Position numbers and translations under genes: made by a program. From Bacteroidota bacterium (GTDB taxonomy: Bacteria > Bacteroidota > Bacteroidia > UKL13-3), in the NCBI GenBank assembly GCA_013298895.1, contig JAAFJM010000009.1, positions 18,619-82,618 of the forward strand: a stretch of 64,000 nucleotides of DNA. Direction: 5' to 3'. The notes under the pieces were generated by a model. The model worked only from the letters and a program-made list of their open reading frames with translations. It was not told where the DNA came from and ran no database searches. Below are positions 10,683 through 20,474 of the stretch, piece after piece. The stretch's first letter is position 1, and every line of letters begins with the position of its first letter.

Positions 10683-11786
10683 TTAGCTTAATGAATTATT
10701 GTTAAACAATGTAATCAATCTTGATGTAACCCATATTTGATTATTTTTTATTTCTCCTTTTTCTAATTTAATATTTGTAGGACTTGATGTAAATATCATT
10801 TGTTTTGCAAAATTATTTTGAGATGCTTCAAGTTTTAAAATTGTTGGTTGCTCACCTCTAAGTAAGACTGGTAAACCATGTTCTAACATAGCCAAAGTAG
10901 AGCCACTTTTACCAAAATATTCGTAATTGGCTCTTGAAACTCCAATATCTGCATTTAAAAAAATATAAGAAATTTCATTTTCATCTTTTTCTCCTATACA
11001 ATTTAAGGCATATTGACCAAGCACATTTTTTATCGCGCTAAATGCAGCCTCTTTATGAATTCCATTGTTTCCAATAACATTAAATTTTACGGGTAACATT
11101 TTTGTTTTCGAATATTCTTTTATCCAATTTAATTGGATCAAAAATTCATGCTGATTAGGCGAAAAACTGCCAAAAAAAACAACGTTTATTTCGTTCTTTA
11201 AAGTAAATGTATGTTCATTTTTTAATGCCTTAATGTTTCCAAACAACGGAAGTAACTGAGCCTTGTTTTTTTGAAGTTTTGAAAGATAGGTATTAATATT
11301 TGTGGTTATTAATTGTGGTTTTAGTTTATAAAGTATTGCTTTAATACAAACTTCTTGAAGTTTACCAAGTATTTTATTTTTAAAACTAATTGAACTCTTA
11401 TAATCAATCCATAATTCATGGAACATAATATGTAATTTGTATTGTTTAATTCCATTTAACAAATAAATTAAGTTTAATGGTAATCCTTTTTTTTGATATG
11501 CAAACGATACAAATTGTAAGCTAATCCAATCAGGATTAAATTGTTCAGCAATTTGATTGATTATATTTAATTTATTCTTTAGAGGCAAATTATTCGATAT
11601 TCTTACTTTTGGGTGGCTTTCATGAATAATGTTTTTAATGTTATTGGTTACGTGTTTGGTGTCATTGATTGAAATGATGGCAACTTGATGTCCAAGTTTT
11701 TCCAAAGTTTTACTTAAGTTCAGCACATAATCGGCCACACCATTTTTTTTTTCAACTAGTGAACCAACTATAAACATAATTTTCAT
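10683..11786 (-). CDS. Glycosyltransferase, GT-B/GT4-like
   Basis: GVADY N-terminal motif, MFHELW, VVFFGS and GKSGSTLAMLEHGLPV. Confidence 0.7.
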   Translation of the reverse strand: MKIMFIVGSLVEKKNGVADYVLNLSKTLEKLGHQVAIISINDTKHVTNNIKNIIHESHPKVRISNNLPLKNKLNIINQIAEQFNPDWISLQFVSFAYQKKGLPLNLIYLLNGIKQYKLHIMFHELWIDYKSSISFKNKILGKLQEVCIKAILYKLKPQLITTNINTYLSKLQKNKAQLLPLFGNIKALKNEHTFTLKNEINVVFFGSFSPNQHEFLIQLNWIKEYSKTKMLPVKFNVIGNNGIHKEAAFSAIKNVLGQYALNCIGEKDENEISYIFLNADIGVSRANYEYFGKSGSTLAMLEHGLPVLLRGEQPTILKLEASQNNFAKQMIFTSSPTNIKLEKGEIKNNQIWVTSRLITLFNNNSLS

Positions 11787-12352
11787 TATTTACGTTCCGA
11801 TATTTTTTTTGCAGGTACACCGCCCCATATTTCGAAGCTAGGAATATTTTTTGTTACAACAGATCCAGCTCCAATAATTGCTCCTTTTTGTATTTCAACT
11901 CCTTTTAAAATAACAGCATTTGCACCTATCCAAACATCTTCATTTATTGTTATGCCAAGTTCAACTCCAGGTTGTTTATTTATTAAATTATCTTTTGAAA
12001 ACCCATGGTCATGGTCAATAAATTTCACACCAGATGCTATTAAACAATTGCTTTTTATTTGAATGGATTTTCGGATATTAAATTCGGTATTCGTTCCAAT
12101 AAAAACATTGTGGTCAATAATAATACTTGGCCCTGGCTTTAAGATTCCATCAAATTTAAAGAATATATTGCTTTCCAATTTACAGTTATTTCCAATTCTA
12201 ACTTGATGTGGCCAAGTAATATTCACTTTTGGCAAATTGGTTCCTTTTCCAATTTTTAGCCCTTGTAATTCAAAGAATATTTTTCTTAAATAACTAAAGA
12301 ATCTATTACTCAGTTTTACCCTAATTAAAAAAAATAATTGCAACAAATTCAT
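11786..12352 (-). CDS. Left-handed beta-helix acyltransferase (maltose/galactoside O-acetyltransferase family)
   Basis: DHDH, ITINEDVWIGANAVILKGV, GAIIGAGSVVTK and WGGVPAK. Confidence 0.9.
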   Translation of the reverse strand: MNLLQLFFLIRVKLSNRFFSYLRKIFFELQGLKIGKGTNLPKVNITWPHQVRIGNNCKLESNIFFKFDGILKPGPSIIIDHNVFIGTNTEFNIRKSIQIKSNCLIASGVKFIDHDHGFSKDNLINKQPGVELGITINEDVWIGANAVILKGVEIQKGAIIGAGSVVTKNIPSFEIWGGVPAKKISERK

Positions 12353-12357
12353 TTTAA

Positions 12358-13161
12358 TTAGATGAATATCATGATGAAGTTAAATACCATTTTATCTATA
12401 TAACACAACCAACCTTTAAACCTATATTGAGCTAGTTCCTTTAAGTTTGAAAATATACTGCCAACAAATATTTTAATACGTTGCTGCTTAAATTGAAAAG
12501 TATTTTTCTGATTGAATTTTTTAGCAAAATACCTTTGTGATCGTATCCTTAATTTAAAATTTTTAAAGGCAACTCTCCTTCTCCATGGGTGAATTACTAA
12601 GCTGTTTTCAATAAATTGAAACTGAGTAATAAGTTTCAAACGTTCGTTAAAATCAATATCTTCCATTGTTGAAAATGGATAATTTTCATCAAATCCGCCT
12701 ATGCTAAAGAAAAGTTTTTTTTGAATTGCAAAATTACAAGACCAAAGTTTACCACCACTTAAATTAATTGGAGATACTTCATCATACCTAGTTTTCGCTG
12801 TATTTGCAATGGTTTTCCCTTCCAATACTAAACTGGTATTATTTTTTATAGCAAGTTCATAGCTTAATAACCAATTTTGCTGAGGTAAACAATCATCATC
12901 TAAAAATATTAACCAATCTCCTTTGGCTTGTTTTGCTGCATAATTTCTATTAGCAGCAGGTCCTTTGCTTGGGCCATTTATTACGCTAACTTTTGGATAC
13001 TTATTATTAACAAATTTATTAATATTTTGTTCCAAAGCATCATTTGATACTATTACTTCAATATCATTTCTATTTTTAATATGATCGTAAATATTGCTAA
13101 TACAATTGATTAACTCAGCTTCTCGTTTAAAAGTTGGGATAATTATGGAAATATTCACCAT
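12358..13161 (-). CDS. Glycosyltransferase family 2
   Basis: SIIIPTFKR, GPAANRN, FLDDD and GGFDE...MEDIDF. Confidence 0.92.
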   Translation of the reverse strand: MVNISIIIPTFKREAELINCISNIYDHIKNRNDIEVIVSNDALEQNINKFVNNKYPKVSVINGPSKGPAANRNYAAKQAKGDWLIFLDDDCLPQQNWLLSYELAIKNNTSLVLEGKTIANTAKTRYDEVSPINLSGGKLWSCNFAIQKKLFFSIGGFDENYPFSTMEDIDFNERLKLITQFQFIENSLVIHPWRRRVAFKNFKLRIRSQRYFAKKFNQKNTFQFKQQRIKIFVGSIFSNLKELAQYRFKGWLCYIDKMVFNFIMIFI

Positions 13162-14241
13162 TTAATTATTAAATAAAATATTGATTCCTTTTGAAATCAT
13201 ACCATAACTTTTTTCTTCCATTTCTTTTAAAATTTCTTCGCTTGGTTTTAATGCAGTTTTAGGAAGCTTGTCTAATAGAATTAAATCCTCAGCATTTAAA
13301 TAATCTGATTTACTAAATCCCATTTCCTTTAATAATTCCTCATTTTTACGTGCGTAAGCAATAGGCTTTACTTTTGCACCAGAACGAAATCCAAAAATAG
13401 TAGCATGTAAACGGGTTGTTATTACTTCATCTGAAGGTGTAATTGTTGCTATAATTTTAGCTGGATCTGGATCAAAACTTAAATGATTAACAGCTAAACC
13501 TTTTAATAAAAACTTTGCATAAGCTTCATCCATAGGAGTAAACGACCAAGAATAAACTTCCTTACCTTCTTTTAAAGCATTATTTACCTCATTTATAATT
13601 AAGGTTTTGTAATTTTGATGAATTGATAAAAAGTTTTCGAAAATTTCTGGTCTTTCATTTTTATAGGCATTTATTGGTTTTACTATTCCATTATTAAACA
13701 TGGCATATAATGGCAAAATATTTACAAATAATTTTTTTTCTAAATTATTTGTAAAGGTTCTTAATTTTTCATAATGTTTTCTTTGGAAAGAAAAAGCTAA
13801 ATCTGGTTGCGAATAAATATCTTTTCTACCAGTTAATTCTTTTAGTCTATCAGCTTGCGATTTACTTCTTGTACTAACAAATGCAGCCTTATTAATTAGT
13901 TCAATTGATTCATCACTGTAAAAATTACTATTAAAATCAACACCCATAAAAGCTACTTTTTTATAATTATTGCCATGCCTTTTAATTATCTCTAATAATG
14001 AATTTTCATAACCAATTGCACCTCCACCCACTATAGTATAATCTCTTTCAAGCCAATATTTTAAATTATATATTGTTTGTAGTTCGGATTTAATATTTTT
14101 TTCTTTTAAAATTTCTTTAACACTGTTGCCTAGCGCTATATCACCTAAATTTCCGTAATGATAACCACCAGTTATAGCAACTTCTTTTTTGTTAAAAAAA
14201 TGAGTAAGCCATTTTTTTTTATGTAATAAATTAGGACTCAT
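13162..14241 (-). CDS. Polysaccharide pyruvyl transferase (CsaB/WcaK-like)
   Basis: GGYHYGNLGD, VGGG, PDLAF, TTRLHATIF and IAYARK. Confidence 0.85.
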   Translation of the reverse strand: MSPNLLHKKKWLTHFFNKKEVAITGGYHYGNLGDIALGNSVKEILKEKNIKSELQTIYNLKYWLERDYTIVGGGAIGYENSLLEIIKRHGNNYKKVAFMGVDFNSNFYSDESIELINKAAFVSTRSKSQADRLKELTGRKDIYSQPDLAFSFQRKHYEKLRTFTNNLEKKLFVNILPLYAMFNNGIVKPINAYKNERPEIFENFLSIHQNYKTLIINEVNNALKEGKEVYSWSFTPMDEAYAKFLLKGLAVNHLSFDPDPAKIIATITPSDEVITTRLHATIFGFRSGAKVKPIAYARKNEELLKEMGFSKSDYLNAEDLILLDKLPKTALKPSEEILKEMEEKSYGMISKGINILFNN

Positions 14242-15134
14242 TTTTGTAAAATTTGGTTTTTCAGTAAACCTAAAAATTTATAATTTTTTAAAACTCTAAA
14301 ATTTGATTTTGTTATCATTAAAACAAGAGATGAAAGTCTATTACTTATTTTTTTTTGATATACCATATTTAAATAAACATGAATAAATCTATTGACAAAA
14401 AATTCATTTCGTTCAGTTCTATTTAAATATTTTAAATATGAAAATGCTAGTGCTAGTGCTTCATTTTTCATTTTTAAACTTTGACTAACTGTTTTGGTCT
14501 GTGAGTTTATCCTAAAAAAAGATTGTATTTTTTTGTATTTATATACTGTGGGTTTATGCAATGAAATGCGGCAATACCAATCTAAATCCATGCAATAATG
14601 TAACTTAGTGTTTAAAAAATTCAGATTATTTTTATTTAAAAAATCTCTTTTTATAAATACACTTTGCGATGGAATGATATATTCAGCATTGCTATAAAAA
14701 TTAATGAGAGAAGCTAGGTTTAACTTGTTTTTTTTTGATTTATTTGGTTTTGCATTTTCAAGAGTATTTCCAATTAATATATCTCCATATAAAAAATCTT
14801 TTTCAATACTGTTTTTGTCTGTAAAAATTAGTTCAAATGCATCCTCTAAATAAACATCATCAGAGTTTATAAAAGCAATATATTCCCCAGTGGCAACTTT
14901 AAGTCCTTTGTTAATGGCATCTGCTTGACCATTATCTTTTTCGCTAACCCAATAATTAATTTGTTTATCGTACTTTTTAATTATTTCAACTGAATTATCT
15001 GTACTTCCTCCATCAATAATGATTAACTGCAATTGAGGATAGTTTTGATTAATAACTGAACAAATGGTTTCTTCAATATAATTTCCATAATTGTAATTAG
15101 GAATTATAATGGAAATGGATGGCATTCCACTCAT
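14238..15134 (-). CDS. Glycosyltransferase family 2 (WfgS-like)
   Basis: SIIIPNYN, IDGGSTDNS, SEKDNGQADAINKG and FINSDD. Confidence 0.92.
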   Translation of the reverse strand: MSGMPSISIIIPNYNYGNYIEETICSVINQNYPQLQLIIIDGGSTDNSVEIIKKYDKQINYWVSEKDNGQADAINKGLKVATGEYIAFINSDDVYLEDAFELIFTDKNSIEKDFLYGDILIGNTLENAKPNKSKKNKLNLASLINFYSNAEYIIPSQSVFIKRDFLNKNNLNFLNTKLHYCMDLDWYCRISLHKPTVYKYKKIQSFFRINSQTKTVSQSLKMKNEALALAFSYLKYLNRTERNEFFVNRFIHVYLNMVYQKKISNRLSSLVLMITKSNFRVLKNYKFLGLLKNQILQK

Positions 15135-15140
15135 AAAAAG

Positions 15141-16073
15141 TTAACTAATATTTGCTTTTGAATCGGCAATGCTATTTAAATAAAAATTGCGTGTATAGTT
15201 GGAGCAATCCATCATAACTTTCTTTAGTTTGAATGTTATTAAATTATTGTACGACAAAAGCTTTTCTAATTTTGGTCCTCTAAAATCAATTGGTTCGCCT
15301 CCCCAAATTGTAGTTTCGTTTAATAATTCTAATAATTCGTTTGATACATGTGAAATGTTCACACTGTTTTTATATTTTTTTTCTTCAACCGATTTACACG
15401 CTATTAATGGCTTTCCAACCTTATGAATTTTGGTAGATATCGGACAGTCTAAAAAATATTTTTTTGTCCATTCAGGATCTTTTGTAAATATTTCAATGAT
15501 TGATTTTTGATCTAAACCATACAAATTACTTTTATATTGTAAATAGAATTCATAAAAGTTGGTATTACTTAAAAAGCTTATTTTATTTGGTCTATAAGCA
15601 CTTAAACCCGCTAGTATAGTTGTAATTGGAAAAATATGGTTTTTATGAGTTCTGAGCGTCTGTAAGTAATAGTTTGGTTGATTAATAAAATAATAGGTCG
15701 CTTTTATCTCAGACGTATTAGGAATGGAATCTAAATCTCTACATAAAACCAATCCTGATAGCTTGTCAAAAACTGGTTTATAACGCCATAATGTTGGTTC
15801 AGTATGGTTATATGGCAATGATAAAAACTTGAGTTTTAACATATCAAATTTTTCAGATAGTTTTTCAAGTATTTCAAAAAGCGGATGCTTGATAAGATCT
15901 TCTGGCATATAAATCCAAATTTCAGAATTAGGGTAAACCATTAAGTTTATAGCAACTAATGCCGGAATATTATACCAATACCTTAATTCTGAATTATGTG
16001 GATCCCAAACCCTAATTTCTTTGTTCAAATTTTTAGGGGTGAATAAACAATAACTTATAATAATTTTTTCCAT
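15141..16073 (-). CDS. Hypothetical protein, possible GT-A-fold transferase
   Basis: 310-aa ORF in the operon with IISYCLF, WRY, RDLDS and a late DQ motif. Function is inferred only. Confidence 0.55.
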   Translation of the reverse strand: MEKIIISYCLFTPKNLNKEIRVWDPHNSELRYWYNIPALVAINLMVYPNSEIWIYMPEDLIKHPLFEILEKLSEKFDMLKLKFLSLPYNHTEPTLWRYKPVFDKLSGLVLCRDLDSIPNTSEIKATYYFINQPNYYLQTLRTHKNHIFPITTILAGLSAYRPNKISFLSNTNFYEFYLQYKSNLYGLDQKSIIEIFTKDPEWTKKYFLDCPISTKIHKVGKPLIACKSVEEKKYKNSVNISHVSNELLELLNETTIWGGEPIDFRGPKLEKLLSYNNLITFKLKKVMMDCSNYTRNFYLNSIADSKANIS

Positions 16074-17008
16074 TGAAGCTTATCTATCTTTAATATATTT
16101 ATCTTAAATTTTGTAATGAAATTACTTAACTTTAATTTTCGAAGTTGTTTTTTTCTAAAATTAATTACTTTTTTTACTTCCCTGTCGCACAATTCTGCTT
16201 CATTCAAATCAATATGGGCATTATCGGATATTGGAAAATGAGAGGTGTCTTGTTTACTTTTATGATAACCACTTCCATCGTTACCAATGTTTAAGGTAAG
16301 AGATATGGCTGGATATAAATTCAATTTATCTTTGACGAATAAGGAGGCGTACCACCTAATTGCCCAAGAATTTTTTTTGCCTTCAATTTGTTCTTCCAAT
16401 AATTCTTTAAAATTATAACTATTGTTTATGTTAAATTTTTCCCACGAATTATTGGTATTTATTATTTCCCAAAGTTTTTTTCCATTTGGTTCAAATAAAT
16501 CCCACCTATCTCTCCAAGTTGCCCATCCCCAACAACCTACTGCTGAATCAAAGTAGGTATTTACATCGTTATCAAAATTAATTGGAAACTGAAAACCTTG
16601 GATTGTAGACACTTTATTATTGTGTTCATATAAAAACAATCCTTTATTCATAAACTGAAGAAACCCTTTAGAAACAACAATATCATCTTCCAATACTATA
16701 ATATATTTATACATAGCTAAAACATTAGATATCCCATCTATTATGTTGTTAGCCAATCCAAAATTATTTGATCTTTCAATTATGGTAATTAAATTAAATC
16801 CTTTAGTATATTGAAAAATAAGGGATTTCATTTCTTTAATTTTATTAACCTCAATAGTATTTGAACTATCTTTAGCTCCATCTGCGAAGACATATAGATT
16901 ACTATTTATTGCCTCAGGGTTTTTTATTAACGAGTCTAATACCCGTTTTGTGTGCTCAGGTCTATTATATACAAAAAGTGCAATAGGAGCTAAATTATTC
17001 TGTAGCAT
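16055..17008 (-). CDS. GT-A fold glycosyltransferase (GT2 / GnT-I-like)
   Basis: PIALFVYNRPEHT, IVLEDD and CWGWATWRDRW. Confidence 0.85.
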   Translation of the reverse strand: MLQNNLAPIALFVYNRPEHTKRVLDSLIKNPEAINSNLYVFADGAKDSSNTIEVNKIKEMKSLIFQYTKGFNLITIIERSNNFGLANNIIDGISNVLAMYKYIIVLEDDIVVSKGFLQFMNKGLFLYEHNNKVSTIQGFQFPINFDNDVNTYFDSAVGCWGWATWRDRWDLFEPNGKKLWEIINTNNSWEKFNINNSYNFKELLEEQIEGKKNSWAIRWYASLFVKDKLNLYPAISLTLNIGNDGSGYHKSKQDTSHFPISDNAHIDLNEAELCDREVKKVINFRKKQLRKLKLSNFITKFKINILKIDKLQWKKLL

Positions 17009-17708
17009 TTAATTTAAAAAATAAGGTGTTTATTGTTTTTGCAACTATAGAATAATTATGTTCCTTCAAAAATGTTACAAGTTCTGAGTTTATTAGATCA
17101 TGAAATTGTTTATTTTTTAATTCTTCTACAAGAATAAGTTTGGGTTTATATTTTTTCCAATCATTTGATTTCAGTACATTTAAATCATTACCTTCAGTAT
17201 CTATTGAAATAAAATCAATTTCATTAGTTCCAATATATTGATTGAAAATTGTTTCTAACTTTAATGTTTTAACTTCAACTGTTTGAAGAATTTTATATCC
17301 ATTTTTGCCATCTTTACTTAAGGCTTCTTCTTTGTTTAAGGTATTTAAAGCAGATTCATTGAATATATAAAACAACTTGGTTTCTTCTTCATTTGAAATA
17401 GCTATTTCTAAGTTAATATCTCGCTTTCGTACTAAATTAAATTCCGCCATACTATTTGGCATTGCATCTATATTTATTCCGTTCCAACCTCTTTTATAGA
17501 ATATGGCAGTATTCGAAAATCTTAATGGATGATGAGCACCTATATCAACAAAAAATCCATTTTTTTTATAGCCTAATAATTTATCAATTATCAAATCTTC
17601 ACCTTCTTGAGAATAAGAATTATTTCTAAAAGGAAATGTTTCTATGGCTATTAAATTTTTTAGTTTTTGGGGTAAAATTGCTAAAAATAACCGAGTAGTA
17701 ATTTTCAA
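16995..17708 (-). CDS. FkbM-family SAM methyltransferase
   Basis: SYSQEGED, FVDIGAHHP, SNT, GINIDA and ISIDTEGND. Confidence 0.92.
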   Translation of the reverse strand: MKITTRLFLAILPQKLKNLIAIETFPFRNNSYSQEGEDLIIDKLLGYKKNGFFVDIGAHHPLRFSNTAIFYKRGWNGINIDAMPNSMAEFNLVRKRDINLEIAISNEEETKLFYIFNESALNTLNKEEALSKDGKNGYKILQTVEVKTLKLETIFNQYIGTNEIDFISIDTEGNDLNVLKSNDWKKYKPKLILVEELKNKQFHDLINSELVTFLKEHNYSIVAKTINTLFFKLNATE

Positions 17709-17710
17709 AA

Positions 17711-18391
17711 TTAATAACCTCCTCCAATAGGAATAACTGGTTGAACTGTTATTGGTTTAAACTTAAATTGTTTAAAAAAAATACTAGTAGTCCAAGTATA
17801 ATCGTTTATTGGACCAAAACCACTAAAATCAATTTGGGTATATCCTGCATCTCTTAAAATTAAACAGTTTTGTGGGTCTCTATCCGAATTATCGTAAATA
17901 AACATACCATCTTCTTTTATAAAGTTTAAGGCATTTGTTAAACATTCACCACGCAAAATCCCATCAATAATTATGAGATCAAATTTATTGTTAAATTCAT
18001 TGATTGCATTTGCATATCCATTTTCTGTAGCATGTATCAATTGTTGGTTTTTTTGTAAATTCACTTTTTGTGTATTATACCAATCTATATTATGCTCTAT
18101 TGAAGTTATGTGATGACATCTTTCTGCAAAATATTTTGAAGAATTGCCAGACCCCCATTCAAATATATTGGCTTCTGTAAAATCTAATTGATTCAAAAAC
18201 TCAATTGATGAATAGGTGAACCAAGGTAACGGCTCATTTTTTCCGTTGATTGCACTTTTTGATTGCTTCGATAAATGATGCCCAAATCCTGAGTTTAATA
18301 TTTTTATTTTTATATCTAACTCCTGAGGTTTAAACAAGAAGTTATTTATTTTTTTTAGTAACATGTTGTATTTATAAATAAGTAAAATCAA
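17711..18391 (-). CDS. Class I SAM-dependent methyltransferase-like protein
   Basis: PLPW, FEWGSGNSS, IIIDG and YDNSD. True start is probably ATG at 18364. Confidence 0.75.
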   Translation of the reverse strand: MILLIYKYNMLLKKINNFLFKPQELDIKIKILNSGFGHHLSKQSKSAINGKNEPLPWFTYSSIEFLNQLDFTEANIFEWGSGNSSKYFAERCHHITSIEHNIDWYNTQKVNLQKNQQLIHATENGYANAINEFNNKFDLIIIDGILRGECLTNALNFIKEDGMFIYDNSDRDPQNCLILRDAGYTQIDFSGFGPINDYTWTTSIFFKQFKFKPITVQPVIPIGGGY

Positions 18392-19622
18392 GGTAAAAGC
18401 TACCTTGTCCAGTTGGTAAAGTATGCACTAACTCACCAAAATAACTATCACTTTCAATTGAAAATGGTAATGCATCAATAACCCAATCGTGAATTTGTCC
18501 ACCTGATGCCACAAACACAGTGATAGTATATTTACCCATGGCTAATGGCAAATGATTAATCATTATTTTTTGGCTCCAATTACCATTTGTTAATGGGTGT
18601 AATGTTTGGCCTGAAACTTTATTACTAATTAATGTTATACGATTCCCATATTGGTCGCTTATGCCGAGCGAGATTTCTAAGTTGCTACTAATTTTAAATT
18701 GGTTAGAAGCTAATTCTATATCAAAAACCAAGCCCATTCCAGCATATAGGTTATTGGTAATTTTTTCTGTTTTTTTATCAATAAAATGAATATTAATAAC
18801 CTTTACTTTTCCATCACCTTTTCTATCTGTTCTATCAATTAATGATATATTGTTTTCTTGATTTTGCATGTAGTTATTTATCATTTCTTGAACATTTCCA
18901 AAACCATGCATTGTTCCTTTATTAAGTAATAATGCCTTAGAACATAAACTTTGAATGGATTGCATATTATGGCTCACAAAAAGTACTGTTCTCCCCTGCC
19001 CTTTGCTAATGCTTCCCATTTTACCTAAACACTTTTTTTGAAAATCAGCATCACCAACAGCAAGAACTTCATCTACTATTAGAATCTCCGATTCCAAATG
19101 TGCAGCTACCGCAAATGCTAGTCTTACATACATACCAGATGAATATCTTTTAACAGGTGTGTCTAAATAACTTTCAACACCACTAAAATCAACAATTTCA
19201 TCAAAGTTCTTTTTTATTTCATGACGTTTCATTCCAAGTATTGCGCCATTTAAATATATATTCTCTCTGCCCGAAAGTTCAGGATGAAAACCTGTACCAA
19301 CTTCCAATAAACTTGCTATACGTCCATTTCCTTTTATAGCTCCTTTGGTAGGTGTAGTTACCCTGCTTAGTATTTTTAATAAGGTACTTTTACCAGCTCC
19401 ATTTTTTCCAATAATACCAAGAGCTTCACCTTGTTTCAGTTCAAAATTTATATCCTTTAAACTCCAAACTAAATTCGCATCTTGATTTAAAGCTAATTGT
19501 TTTTTGGGACTAAATATGGAAATAATTTTTTGTTCAATATCTCTTGAAAGTGTTCCAGTACTAATAGCACCTTTTATGTACGATTTTGAAACATTTTCTA
19601 CTTTAATGGCCGTGTTTGTCAT
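18372..19622 (-). CDS. wzt: Polysaccharide ABC transporter ATP-binding protein with C-terminal Wzt_C domain
   Basis: Walker A GKNGAGKST, signature YSSGM, Walker B ILIVDE, FVSH, and an approximately 150-aa C-terminal extension. Confidence 0.95.
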   Translation of the reverse strand: MTNTAIKVENVSKSYIKGAISTGTLSRDIEQKIISIFSPKKQLALNQDANLVWSLKDINFELKQGEALGIIGKNGAGKSTLLKILSRVTTPTKGAIKGNGRIASLLEVGTGFHPELSGRENIYLNGAILGMKRHEIKKNFDEIVDFSGVESYLDTPVKRYSSGMYVRLAFAVAAHLESEILIVDEVLAVGDADFQKKCLGKMGSISKGQGRTVLFVSHNMQSIQSLCSKALLLNKGTMHGFGNVQEMINNYMQNQENNISLIDRTDRKGDGKVKVINIHFIDKKTEKITNNLYAGMGLVFDIELASNQFKISSNLEISLGISDQYGNRITLISNKVSGQTLHPLTNGNWSQKIMINHLPLAMGKYTITVFVASGGQIHDWVIDALPFSIESDSYFGELVHTLPTGQGSFYLDFTYL

Positions 19623-19625
19623 TGT

Positions 19626-20474
19626 TTAAATAGTATCAATAAAGTTTTTTTCAACCTTATTAAACAAAATTATTCCTAGTAAAAAAATGATGATGGTGGT
19701 TATTGTGGTATATAAAATGGCTGTTATTGAAAATGTTCCTTGACCTAAAAAAGCATATCTAAATGTTTCTAAAATGATAGTCATTGGATTAAGTTCAATT
19801 AAAAACTTAAAATTATTTGGTGCTGCTGAAAGTGGGTAGGTTACCGTTGTACTAAACATTAATAATTGAACTCCAAAATTTACCAATAATGCTAAATCAC
19901 GGTACTTTGTGGTTAATGAGGATATGATTAACCCTAATCCTTGCCCTAGTGCAGCCATTAAAATAAGTAAGTAAGGAATCAATAAAACAGCAAACGATAA
20001 ATGAATTTGAAAGCCTTTAAACGAATAAATAACAAGTATAACAATGAATAGAAATAATTGAATAAAAAATCTAACCATACTTGAAAAAACAATACTCATG
20101 GGTAATATTATTCGAGGGAAATAAACTTTGCTAAACAAATTAGCATTATCTCTAAACACAGTTGAATTTTTTAAGATGCATTCAGCAAAATAATTCCAGC
20201 ATATAATTCCTGGTAAATAAAATAATGGTTTAGGTAAATTATTGGTTGAAATATTTCCAATTTTGCCAAATACAAACGAAAATACTATCATGGTTAAAAT
20301 GGGTTGTATAAAAAACCAAAGAGGCCCAAGAATAGTTTGTTTATAAAAGGCTATAAAGTCGCGTTTAATTAATAAAAAGAACAAATCTTTATATTCCCAA
20401 GTATTCACTAAATCTAGTTTAAACCAAGGGTTTTCCGATTTAATTGTCCAATCGTATTTTGGTTGTTCCTTCAT
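19626..20474 (-). CDS. wzm: Polysaccharide ABC transporter permease
   Basis: RDF...YKQTILGPLW, KVYFPR, KYRD and LNP motifs. Six TM segments, adjacent to wzt. Confidence 0.95.
   Translation of the reverse strand: MKEQPKYDWTIKSENPWFKLDLVNTWEYKDLFFLLIKRDFIAFYKQTILGPLWFFIQPILTMIVFSFVFGKIGNISTNNLPKPLFYLPGIICWNYFAECILKNSTVFRDNANLFSKVYFPRIILPMSIVFSSMVRFFIQLFLFIVILVIYSFKGFQIHLSFAVLLIPYLLILMAALGQGLGLIISSLTTKYRDLALLVNFGVQLLMFSTTVTYPLSAAPNNFKFLIELNPMTIILETFRYAFLGQGTFSITAILYTTITTIIIFLLGIILFNKVEKNFIDTI

Noticed and set aside
11743-11752. A10 tract near the 5' end of a glycosyltransferase (also T9 at 14212 and 14728) as phase-variation switches
   Set aside because: A few runs of this length are expected by chance in such AT-rich DNA, and all frames are intact.
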